Source: Candidatus Omnitrophota bacterium
Lineage (GTDB): Bacteria > Omnitrophota > Omnitrophia > Omnitrophales > Aquincolibacteriaceae
NCBI GenBank assembly: GCA_016930235.1
Contig: JAFGHI010000010.1
Coordinates: forward strand, 250-64,249
Direction of reading: 5' to 3'
DNA length: 64,000 nucleotides
The position numbers and the translations under genes were made by a program. This document shows positions 33,938-42,900 of the stretch, in pieces (position 1 is the first letter of the stretch; each line of letters begins with the position of its first letter). Under the pieces are notes generated by a model. It was not told where the DNA came from and ran no database searches. It saw only the letters and a list, made by a program, of their open reading frames with translations.

Positions 33938-34777
33938 TTATTCTTTGACCCAAAGATTTAAATCCCAGTCAAAGGGTAAGTATTTCAGCTTATATTTATC
34001 TTCTTCTAAAAATTGAATTTTTTCAGCATCGTCCAAATAATGAGCAAGAAAGGAAAGGACAGCAAATTCATCTTCGGTTAAATTTAAATCATTTTGAGCC
34101 ATCCCGAAATCAAGCCGAAAATCCCGGCCGTACCATTTGAAAATTTTAGAAATCTCGATCTTCTTGCTCCCTGGAATAATCCGGTTCTTGATCGGATCAT
34201 TTACGAACTCCTTTGCCGCTAAATAGAGCTGGCCCTCAACTCGAGGCCCCGTAAAAGCCTCGCGGGGAAATTTAGGGCAACTTTTGGCTCCGCAAGACAA
34301 GGCCATATGGATCTTTTCATCGCGGAATCTTTCGAGCAACATCCCCATTTTTATTTCATCCAGACTATGGCGTTCTTCGCCAAGTTCCACCAGCGGAATT
34401 TTCCAAATACCGGGAATATCGTTGAGTGACTTAATGATGCCATGAATACGAACAGCTGTCACAATCCCTACATGATAGGCATTCAAGACAAGCGCCAACT
34501 CTTCTTCTCGCGGTCCCTGAACATGCAAGGCACCGAAGTCAATATTCTTAAGGACTTTCTGATATTCTTCCACGAGGGAAGGATCTAAAATCACTCCGCG
34601 ATAATCAACTTCCCCCTGTTCATTGACAAACTTCTTAAGAAAAGCATCCCAAGAAGAATGGTCAATGGGTTCATCGATCGCATAAAGAATGGTCGTATTC
34701 ACGAAAAGAAAACAACCTAAAAAAAGAATAGTGAAAAAGAAAAAAACGCGTGGTCGATTAACTCCCTGAAAGGTCAT
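33938..34777 (-). CDS. DUF547-domain protein with signal peptide/TM
   Basis: 279 aa with an N-terminal hydrophobic segment. The DUF547 assignment rests on overall similarity and is tentative. Confidence 0.5.
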   Translation of the reverse strand: MTFQGVNRPRVFFFFTILFLGCFLFVNTTILYAIDEPIDHSSWDAFLKKFVNEQGEVDYRGVILDPSLVEEYQKVLKNIDFGALHVQGPREEELALVLNAYHVGIVTAVRIHGIIKSLNDIPGIWKIPLVELGEERHSLDEIKMGMLLERFRDEKIHMALSCGAKSCPKFPREAFTGPRVEGQLYLAAKEFVNDPIKNRIIPGSKKIEISKIFKWYGRDFRLDFGMAQNDLNLTEDEFAVLSFLAHYLDDAEKIQFLEEDKYKLKYLPFDWDLNLWVKE

Positions 34778-34832
34778 TTTTTGCCTCTTTACAAAACAAA
34801 TGATGTCGGAAAAGTCAAAATGATCGTTTACC

Positions 34833-35141
34833 CTAAAAACTCAATCCGTGACGTTTCAAAAACTCACGGTCTTCAGCATTTAAATGGAACTTCGAACTCT
34901 CCGGTTTTTCTTCGCGCGATATCAATTCGTCGTAAAATTCTTCGAATTCATCCATGTCTTCGGGGGCAAAGGGGAAGAAAGCAAAATAGAGGTTAAGGTG
35001 GATATTCCCTTCGGCATCTTTAAACGTCGAAGGGATTTGAGGATGTTTCCCCTGATTAGGCAAATTTTTGACCAGTTTCTTGAGAATACGAACCAATTGA
35101 TTCACATGATGCTCAAATTCTTTTTCATGATCTGAATTCAT
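34833..35141 (-). CDS. hypothetical acidic protein
   Basis: A 102-aa ORF with no recognisable motifs. Confidence 0.4.
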   Translation of the reverse strand: MNSDHEKEFEHHVNQLVRILKKLVKNLPNQGKHPQIPSTFKDAEGNIHLNLYFAFFPFAPEDMDEFEEFYDELISREEKPESSKFHLNAEDREFLKRHGLSF

Positions 35142-35172
35142 ATCCCCAATCTCCTTTTTAAATGCGGATAGA

Positions 35173-36105
35173 TTAATTCTTTTCTTCTAAATAAGCTTGC
35201 GCCGAAAGCGCGGCCTCGCAACCCTCTCCGCAGGCTGCAATAAGCTGTCTCGTCGAGCCCGACCGTATCTCCCCCGCAGCAAAAATACCGGGCACCGAAG
35301 TCTTTAAGTGCCCCTGGGTCACAACATACCCTTTTTCATCTAAATCGACAACCCCTTTTAGAAAACCGCTATTGGGATCATGTCCAATAAAGATAAAAAC
35401 ACCTTCTGCCGGGGCCTGTTTTTCAGCGCCCGTTTTCACATCCTTCAAAATCACGGACTCAACCTTTTTCTCGCCAAGGATCTTGGTCACCACCGTGTTC
35501 CATATGAACTCGATCTTGGGATTCTCCTCGGCCCTTTTCTGCAAGATCGGTCCTGCACGCAATTGATCCCGGCGATGAATAACCTGAACCTTCCGAGCAA
35601 ACCGCGTCAGGAAAAGGCCTTCCTGTAAAGCTGAGTCCCCACCACCTACTACAAGAATACTCTTATCTTTAAAAAAGGCGCCATCGCAGGTTGCACAATA
35701 GGAAACACCGTGACCTGTCAATTCTTTTTCTCCCTCAACACCCAGCTTTCGGAACGAAGATCCCAGCGCCAAAATAACGGCCTTCGATTGATAACGATTC
35801 GAAGCAGTCTTGATTTCAAATTGTTTCTCTTTTTTTGCAATTTGTTCCACCTGCTCGAAGATAATTTCTGTCCCGTAACGTTTTGCTTGTTCTTCCATTT
35901 TCATCGAAATCTCGGGGCCGGTCACCCCTGAAGGAAATCCGGGATAATTTTCGACAATATCGGTTAGGGCTATCTGCCCACCGGAAGTCAGTTTTTCAAT
36001 CAATACCGTCTTAAGATTGGCACGCGACGTATAAAGAGCTGCTGTTAACCCCGCACCCCCTCCTCCAATCACGCCCACATCGTAAGACTTGGTTTCTGCC
36101 ATCAT
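35173..36105 (-). CDS. trxB: thioredoxin-disulfide reductase
   Basis: 310 aa with GGGGAG FAD motifs, a redox CATCDG and an NADPH motif (GGGDSA). Confidence 0.9.
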   Translation of the reverse strand: MMAETKSYDVGVIGGGGAGLTAALYTSRANLKTVLIEKLTSGGQIALTDIVENYPGFPSGVTGPEISMKMEEQAKRYGTEIIFEQVEQIAKKEKQFEIKTASNRYQSKAVILALGSSFRKLGVEGEKELTGHGVSYCATCDGAFFKDKSILVVGGGDSALQEGLFLTRFARKVQVIHRRDQLRAGPILQKRAEENPKIEFIWNTVVTKILGEKKVESVILKDVKTGAEKQAPAEGVFIFIGHDPNSGFLKGVVDLDEKGYVVTQGHLKTSVPGIFAAGEIRSGSTRQLIAACGEGCEAALSAQAYLEEKN

Positions 36106-36114
36106 GGAACCTAC

Positions 36115-36525
36115 CTAAATCTCATGCACCCCGGCTTGGCCTAGGACTTCTTCAGCTGCGAAAATAGGAGCCTCCGCGCGCAAAGCTAGAGCCACGCTAT
36201 CTGAAGGACGGGCATCGATCATCACCGTTCCGTTTTCATTCCGCCGGACCTGCAATTTCGCAAAAAAAGTATTACTCTCCAATTTATCAATGACCACACG
36301 CTCCAATTTTGCGCCCAGTTTCTCAATCGCCGACAACATGAGATCATGCGTTAAAGGCCTCGGCGGTTTGATGCCGCTCAGCTTCAGTTTGATCGCATTG
36401 ACTTCAGCCATCCCAATCACAACAGGAAGATAGCGCGTCCCTTCCTTTTCCTTAAAAATAATTACTTGTTCGTTTCGATTTTCGTCAATCTTGATCTTGC
36501 TTAATTCCAGTTCAACGGTTCCCAT
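36115..36525 (-). CDS. bifunctional nuclease family protein (BFN/DUF151)
   Basis: MGTVELELSKIKIDE...LPVVIGMAEVNAIKL... shows the DUF151/BFN pattern. The start at 36525 overlaps the upstream gene by 14 nt. Confidence 0.65.
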   Translation of the reverse strand: MGTVELELSKIKIDENRNEQVIIFKEKEGTRYLPVVIGMAEVNAIKLKLSGIKPPRPLTHDLMLSAIEKLGAKLERVVIDKLESNTFFAKLQVRRNENGTVMIDARPSDSVALALRAEAPIFAAEEVLGQAGVHEI

Positions 36526-38182
36526 GAGTTTTCTTCTCTTCTGAGGCTTGATCGTTTTTAGCCAGCCGGAAGCGCCCGTTTTTTTCCCGGTTGACCTGAT
36601 CCTGAAAATGGAGATGGACACGTTTGCCTTCAACAATTTCTTTCTCAATAATTTCCTGTTCGGCCAGAATCTTTTCGATCTCCTGCTCGCGTGAGCGTAT
36701 TTCGCTCTCGATTTCTTTCTGCTTCTCAACAAGCTCCCTGAAATAACCCTCTTTCTCGACTAAACGATCCGCCAATTGACTTCGCTTCTCGTGAATTCCC
36801 TGTTCGGCTTGAATTTTACGCATCTCCTGTAATTGCCGTTTAGCCTCTTCGATTTGCGCATCATAACCTTGAAGCTTCTGGATGGCTCCCTGAAGCTCTG
36901 TTTCTTGTTTTTCACAAGTCCGGCAGAGTTCCGTCACTCTCTCTTCGGACCCCTTGTATTTGGACTCCCAGGATTGAGAGGTTCGCCGCGCTTCCTCCAG
37001 TTCCTGATATAGCTTAGCGCGGTCTTTGTCCACTTCTCTTAAACGGTCTTCTACCTTTTCACGAAGTGTTTTCTCGGTCTGCTGTGCCTCCTGCAAGATA
37101 TGGATCTGTTGTTCTAACGTCTCCTGTTTTTCACGCCAACGGCTCAATTGTTCGCCGCTTACCCGCGCACCCCGTTCTAGGTTTTCCTTCTGCCGTTCCA
37201 AATCCTTAACGCTTTCGGCAAGCTCTTCGGCCTTGAGACGCCACTGGTCAATCATTTGGGTCGCCTGTTGAAGCCTCTCCTCCAGTTGTTTGTTTTTTGT
37301 CTCCAATTCTCCCCGGTACTGACGGCCTTGTTCTTCCTTCTCTTTGATCCGGCTTCCGAAATCAAGCCGCTCGTTTTGAAAAACCCTCGCATTTTCCTCG
37401 AGTTCTTTATTGCGTTTGCGTAAGGTCTCCATTTCTTGACGCGTTTGGACCATCTTTTCTTCAAAAAGCTCTCTCGCCTCCCGGTACTCGTCTTTAAGGA
37501 CATCATACTTTTCTTCTAAATTGGAAAGCAAGGCACGTGCCTCTTTGATCTCCTTTTCCCTTCCTTGAAGGAGGCTTAACTCCGGAGCCGGCAACGGTCT
37601 TTGAGCACGAGCCTCTTCAAGTTTTCGAATGATCTCCGTTAATCGGGAAACTTCTTTTTCAAGATCTGCGTGGGACCTTTTCCAATTTTCAATTTCAGAT
37701 TCCAGTTCGCGCCGCTCGGGTTCCGGCAACCCTGGAATCGGCATTACCTCCGCGTGCTCAGACTTTTCCGGGCTCTCTCTCATCATACGGATCGCATTTA
37801 AAGCCTCATCAGGTCCCAAAACCTCTTGGACCTCTTGATTCTTCTGATGACTCTCCCAAGTATTGAGAAACGCTAAGTTGGGAGGTTCAGGCCAAACGGT
37901 CCGGTAATATTTTCTTTTGCGGAAGGTATCATTGGTGAGAACGATTTGAGCATTGGCGGCTTCAAAAAAACCCTTCACTTTATGGGCAATGTCTTGATTC
38001 AGATTATCCAAAAGAATGATGGGTGTGCTTTCTACCAAATCGCTGGCTTCTTCGGAGGAAAGTGAAAAGACTTCGGAAATTTTGAGGGCAATCCGTTTCT
38101 TGTCGATCTCGCTCAGAATCGGATTCAGAACAACACACCAGTTTTGCTTTTCGCTTCGCGATTTCTTATTGCCTAGCAACAT
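36512..38182 (-). CDS. L7/L12-C-terminal-domain-like protein fused to ~450-aa coiled coil
   Basis: The N-terminal ~80 aa (EEASDLVESTPIILLDNLNQDIAHKVKGFFEAANAQIVL) closely parallel the ribosomal L7/L12 CTD (EAKDLVESAP...EAGAEVEV). The remainder is an uninterrupted E/K/R/Q-rich heptad coiled coil. Confidence 0.6.
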   Translation of the reverse strand: MLLGNKKSRSEKQNWCVVLNPILSEIDKKRIALKISEVFSLSSEEASDLVESTPIILLDNLNQDIAHKVKGFFEAANAQIVLTNDTFRKRKYYRTVWPEPPNLAFLNTWESHQKNQEVQEVLGPDEALNAIRMMRESPEKSEHAEVMPIPGLPEPERRELESEIENWKRSHADLEKEVSRLTEIIRKLEEARAQRPLPAPELSLLQGREKEIKEARALLSNLEEKYDVLKDEYREARELFEEKMVQTRQEMETLRKRNKELEENARVFQNERLDFGSRIKEKEEQGRQYRGELETKNKQLEERLQQATQMIDQWRLKAEELAESVKDLERQKENLERGARVSGEQLSRWREKQETLEQQIHILQEAQQTEKTLREKVEDRLREVDKDRAKLYQELEEARRTSQSWESKYKGSEERVTELCRTCEKQETELQGAIQKLQGYDAQIEEAKRQLQEMRKIQAEQGIHEKRSQLADRLVEKEGYFRELVEKQKEIESEIRSREQEIEKILAEQEIIEKEIVEGKRVHLHFQDQVNREKNGRFRLAKNDQASEEKKTHGNR

Positions 38183-38298
38183 GAATCAACCTATCCGACC
38201 TACCCCTAAAATTCGCGAGTAGAGGCCTATACTTCCTTTCTCGCCCCGGCGTGCCCTATCAATCGACGAAGAATAAAAGAATAAAGGCGAACGATCTC

Positions 38299-38646
38299 TT
38301 ACATACTAATCCGGGTCGAAATTTCGTAAACAACCGGCATTTCCCAATACTCTCCCATCAAAACTTTCAAAATGCCCACGAGAGAAAGAATCCCCAAAAC
38401 AACAAAAGCTACCGTAAATACCAAATCGCCTAATATCGGCACTACTTTCAAAATAGCGGCTGCAATCTCCAAAATAAATAAAACCAGTGCCTGCTTCCCG
38501 TGAAATTGAGCAAATTTATTCTGCTTCTTGAGCAGTAACGGAACAAAGCAGAGAACATTGAAATAACCAATGGCAGCGAAAAACTTCGCATCCTGAATTT
38601 CCGGATCCGATTGAGGTGCTGACGCATCATCTTCACGTGCAACCAT
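38299..38646 (-). CDS. small membrane protein, DUF4870-like
   Basis: 115 aa with 2-3 TM helices and an FHGKQAL motif. Confidence 0.5.
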   Translation of the reverse strand: MVAREDDASAPQSDPEIQDAKFFAAIGYFNVLCFVPLLLKKQNKFAQFHGKQALVLFILEIAAAILKVVPILGDLVFTVAFVVLGILSLVGILKVLMGEYWEMPVVYEISTRISM

Positions 38647-38763
38647 GGTACCTCCTAAAGATGCCCTAACTCAGGGCCTGAACAAAGGTTAAGTAAATTT
38701 GCTCTATTATCATGGATTCATCCGCTTGAGTCAATCGAAATCCCATTTTTTTCAGTCTGAAAT

Positions 38764-39093
38764 CTATCTTGCGTAAAGGATAAAATCCTTGGCGGGCTGA
38801 TGTTGGATGAAGTGTTTCTGGATGATTTGCTCAAGCTTCTCTTCGTCTAACTCTTGATACCAAATGCCTTCAGGATATACCACAGCCAAGGGCCCCTTTT
38901 GACAAATCCCAAAACAGGAGCACTGGCTCCTCAAGACCCGGTCAGGCCCTTCGTTGAACTTCAATTCCGTCAATCGTTTCTTCAACCATTGATAGAGTGC
39001 CGAGGAAACCTCTTGCCGGGCACAACGCGGGCCTGTACAAATAAAAATATGACGCCGGTACGGTGCCATGACAAACGGATTATTTGCCGGCAC
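38764..39093 (-). CDS. thioredoxin-like [2Fe-2S] ferredoxin (COG3411-type)
   Basis: The Cys pattern HIFICTGPRC...CSCFGIC is typical of NuoE-like thioredoxin-fold ferredoxins. Confidence 0.6.
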   Translation of the reverse strand: MPANNPFVMAPYRRHIFICTGPRCARQEVSSALYQWLKKRLTELKFNEGPDRVLRSQCSCFGICQKGPLAVVYPEGIWYQELDEEKLEQIIQKHFIQHQPAKDFILYAR

Positions 39094-39526
39094 AAGATTT
39101 CTCCATTTGACGCATTTTCGTCTCCAAAACCTTAAGAAGCAGGGGTTGATCAGCTATCGGTGTCCCGTAATGGAAATCAAGTTCAGGATGTTTGGCCTTC
39201 GCTTCCTGAATCATTAAAGGGATATCTTCTTTGACGTGTTTTCCGCCGAAGAACATCATCGGCAGAACAAAAATCTGGCCAACACCCTTTTGGGCGCATT
39301 CGTCAATCGCCTGACCGATGGAGGGTTCGACAAACTCCATAAAAGCACCGGCGACAAACCGATCCGGACAGAGGTCCTGAAATTGTTCGACCAGAGATAG
39401 AAAGGCCTGATTGCTTTCCTTGTCTTTCGTTCCGTGCACAATCAGAAGATAGGCACCCTGTTTCTCAGTTGACACCGGGAATCCTTGTGAATTAATCCAT
39501 TTGACAGACGGGAGGCAAAGTCGCAT
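39080..39526 (-). CDS. cbiX: CbiX-like sirohydrochlorin chelatase (small form)
   Basis: LLIVHGTKDKESN...VLPMMFFGGKHVKEDIP fits a CbiX/SirB half-domain. Confidence 0.6.
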   Translation of the reverse strand: MRLCLPSVKWINSQGFPVSTEKQGAYLLIVHGTKDKESNQAFLSLVEQFQDLCPDRFVAGAFMEFVEPSIGQAIDECAQKGVGQIFVLPMMFFGGKHVKEDIPLMIQEAKAKHPELDFHYGTPIADQPLLLKVLETKMRQMEKSCAGK

Positions 39527-39833
39527 CCATCGGGATCACAAACGTCCCGACTTCACAAGCACCGACCAAAATGCGCCTTACCATATAGACCGTCCCCTTA
39601 CCTAACCCTGTAAAAAAACCGTACCACGGACCGCCTTCCATTTCATTGCCTATTCCGCATGGAATCTCCGCAACACTGGAAACAATATTCACAAGGCCTC
39701 GGCCGAGTTTAATTCCGGAATCCGTAACCAAATCCCCTGTCGTCGCTTCACCTGCCAGAGCGTAAGGTGCGATACCCCACATCAACATGACGAACACAAG
39801 AAACATGATTGTCGTTTGCTTTTTCATAATCAC
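39492..39833 (-). CDS. small secreted protein, putative exosortase-system-associated (TIGR04073-like)
   Basis: 113 aa with a signal peptide and a KLGRGLVNI motif followed by a G-rich core (GFFTGLGKGTVYMVRRILVGACEVGTFVIP). This resembles the TIGR04073 family as recalled; there is no database check. Confidence 0.45.
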   Translation of the reverse strand: MIMKKQTTIMFLVFVMLMWGIAPYALAGEATTGDLVTDSGIKLGRGLVNIVSSVAEIPCGIGNEMEGGPWYGFFTGLGKGTVYMVRRILVGACEVGTFVIPMDATLPPVCQMD

Positions 39834-39967
39834 CTCTCCATCAATCGTTGAGTATTTTGATTATCTTTGAAAGCGATTTCAACGCAAGCAAGATACCACA
39901 GGCGTAAGAAGTTGTAAACGCCCGAGAAAAGCACCGCACGTGCCCATCTCGTAGGTGGGCGAAATGG

Positions 39968-42900
39968 TTACGCGGCTTTTTGGATTTGGAGAGCAGCCTG
40001 GACTTCTTGACGCAACAAGCGATCAATCGCGGAAACATTCACAATCGGGCGTCCCTCGGAATCAAAAACAATAATCTGATTTTCGGGTCCTTCTCCCATT
40101 TGCCGAAAGAGATAAACGGCTTTGAGGAGTTCGGCTTGGACATTCTTAGCATCTGTTGAAGTCCTGGCCATTAAAGCAGAGGCAAACGCGAACGCCGTTT
40201 GAGTCATCCTCCCCAAAACTTGAGATTCTAATTTAGCTTCGCTTGTAAGGCGAATGCCGACCGGCAGAACCTGAGCCGTCTGCTCCATAAGAATTTCATC
40301 GCTAAACTCCATGACGGGCAGGACATTCTGTCCCGAATTTAGGATGGTCACCTGCCGGGGACTGGATGCCGCCGTAAAGGGAATCGGTATCGACTTTAGA
40401 ACTTGGATTAAAGCATTGGCGGCCTTTTTATCGCCGAGAATAGCAAAGCGATCCAATTCTCCCCGCAGGAAATAGGACCGGATGATATCCCCGTATTGTC
40501 CGATCGCGCTTTCACGATCCAACCTCGAGATCCCATCTTTTAATTCAGGAATATCCAGCCCCAAAGTTACCTTGCCTTGATAGGTATCTGCCACCTGCTG
40601 CATGAAAGTTACAAGATCCCGAACCGCCCGTTCCGCAATTTTCGACGTCATGCTATAAACTTCAGGCCTGTCTTCAAAAGCTGTGCCGAATCCTTGACGG
40701 CTTAAAAGTTCTTCGACGGCAATTTCGACAGCCCGCTTGAGAACCTGTTCCAGTTCCGCACCGTCAATTTGATGCGCGACGATCGGTCGCACGGCTGAAA
40801 GCACCTCCGATTGATCAGGCAAAACAAAATCTGCGGCTAATGCTTCGGCCGGAATCAAGGATCGCGCAATCGTTAAAGCACTGTCCACCCAAGTTAAGCG
40901 GAGTTCCGAACGGGGTTCCATCGGTGTGCCGTAAAGTTCCTCGGGCGTCCATGTTCCATCCCAGCCCTCCGGTTTCTTCATCACCGCAAGTTTTTTCAAA
41001 GCAGGCTCAGGTTTGGGTTTTGCCTGCAGCAGAGATTGTCCTTGCTTCTGTAAGCGAATCTGCTGCCAAGAGGCAAGCGGAAGCATAATTTCGATCTTCC
41101 CTATCCCGGGTAAAAGCGGGTTCCGAAGATGATACTCGATTTGGACCCCCGAGTCGGCCGCAATTCCGACCAGAACTTCCGTAAAGATCTCAAAGGCATC
41201 CCAAAGAGGATTGCTTACGCGATAACCTTCGCTCATTTGAGGACGCTCGGGTAGGGGTAAATAAACGCTCACACCCTGCTGCATATCCGGTCTCGATTTA
41301 ACAAGTTCAAAAAGACGAAGAAATTGTTCCCGGTAAGATGCCTCGTTCCACCCACCCTCATTAAAATCCGCAATGCCTTTCTCGGGATAACCCGCAATAT
41401 CCTGATCCAGGGCATCCAGCGTCATGACGCGCGGAGCAGGAGGTTTCGCGGTTCTTTTATACTCCTCGGCAAAAGTCGAAGCCGCCTTTTCTCCCATAAC
41501 AACAAACCGTTCATTTTGTCTCAATAACCCTTTTTCATACAAGATATCAAAGACCTCGCGAATCGGCATTTCTTGCCTTAATTCCGAGCGAACTTCTTCA
41601 GTCTGGGGGATTCCGGGACCCCGGAAAGACTTCGTGGCAACAAGATAATGATATTGCCGGTTATCATCCAGAAGGGTTCCGCGCTGAACATCAGACCATT
41701 TGAGGGCCTTAAACGCTTGGAGATCGCTTACTGTGAAGGGTTCCTCTTGAATGGAAATAAAACGGCCCCCCGGATTCAAGACAAGCCAGGCAACATCCGT
41801 CTCATTTGTTTCAACCACCGTTCCCTTAGTCAAAATTGAAAAGACAATATCCTGACTCTCTTTCCATTGAGGATTTTGATACTGGCTTAAATCACTTTCT
41901 CCGGTTAGAACAACCGTCTTCTCAGTTCCTGTCAATCCCAAGAAAGAGTTTAAGGAATCACGCAATCGGGATCCGATCGAAATATCAACCGTGCCGCCAA
42001 CTTCGGAAACTTGAGAGGTTTCGGACAATCCGGGCTGTTGTTGGTAGGGTTGCTGCCTTTGAGGTTGTTCTGCGGGAACTCGCTCCACTTCCGGAACAGG
42101 CTGAACAGCATCAGGAGAAATACTCTTCGCCTGCACCTGAGATGAAATATCGCTGATCTCACGTAACTCCGAACGCGGGCGCTGCCTTCGCGCAATCTTA
42201 AACCTCTGAAACACGTTCCCCTGCAAAATCCTATCCTGAATGGTGTTCTGCAACCGGCTCACCGCTTGATCAAACTCATCAACCGATGGCATCTGTTCTC
42301 CGCCCGCCAAAATCCGCTCAACGAGGGGCTTGATCTGTGATTCAATTTCCTCTGGTGTCGTATTCCGGACAAATTCCAGCATCTCCGGGACCTGATTCGT
42401 CTCAGCCACCTGGTAAACTTCAATCTCCGGCCGTATCAAGCGTAAAGCCAGAAGGGCCAAGAGCAAACGCCTGGAACCACCCCACACACCGTCAACTGTT
42501 ACCCACTTGCCTTTTGAATTCATAGAAGCCGCCACTTCCGCAATCTTTCCGACCAGATTCGGATGAAGCTGTCTAAGTTTCTTTTGCGCCTTTGGATCAT
42601 CGCGCCCAACCTGATTAATCGAAACCATTAAGTCATTTGACCCGACAGCATAAAAATCCGCATCGGGAGATATCATGGCATTCTCCTTCTCAAACATAAA
42701 ACCAATAAGGATCTGATTAATAATCTGACGCGCCTTTTCTTGCTCTTCTTCGACAATCCCGCTTAAATACTCCGTTTTAGCCTCCTCAATTAATTCAAGG
42801 ATACCGTTTATGTCTCTCTGATCAATAATATCCGGAATAAGAATATGCAAATTGACTTCGGGCTGCGGCCCCTTTCCTTCTCGCGCAAGTTCTTCTAAAC

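Noticed and set aside
39900-39967. GC-rich nested hairpins (CGCCCACC...GGGCG) 3' of the giant gene as a terminator.
   Set aside because: Only a weak, interrupted U-run follows on the minus strand. It is plausible but not convincing enough to annotate.
39841-40038. 65-aa minus-strand ORF overlapping the 3' end of the giant gene.
   Set aside because: It is out of frame with the giant ORF's last 70 nt and is a Cys/Lys-rich low-complexity peptide. It is probably spurious.
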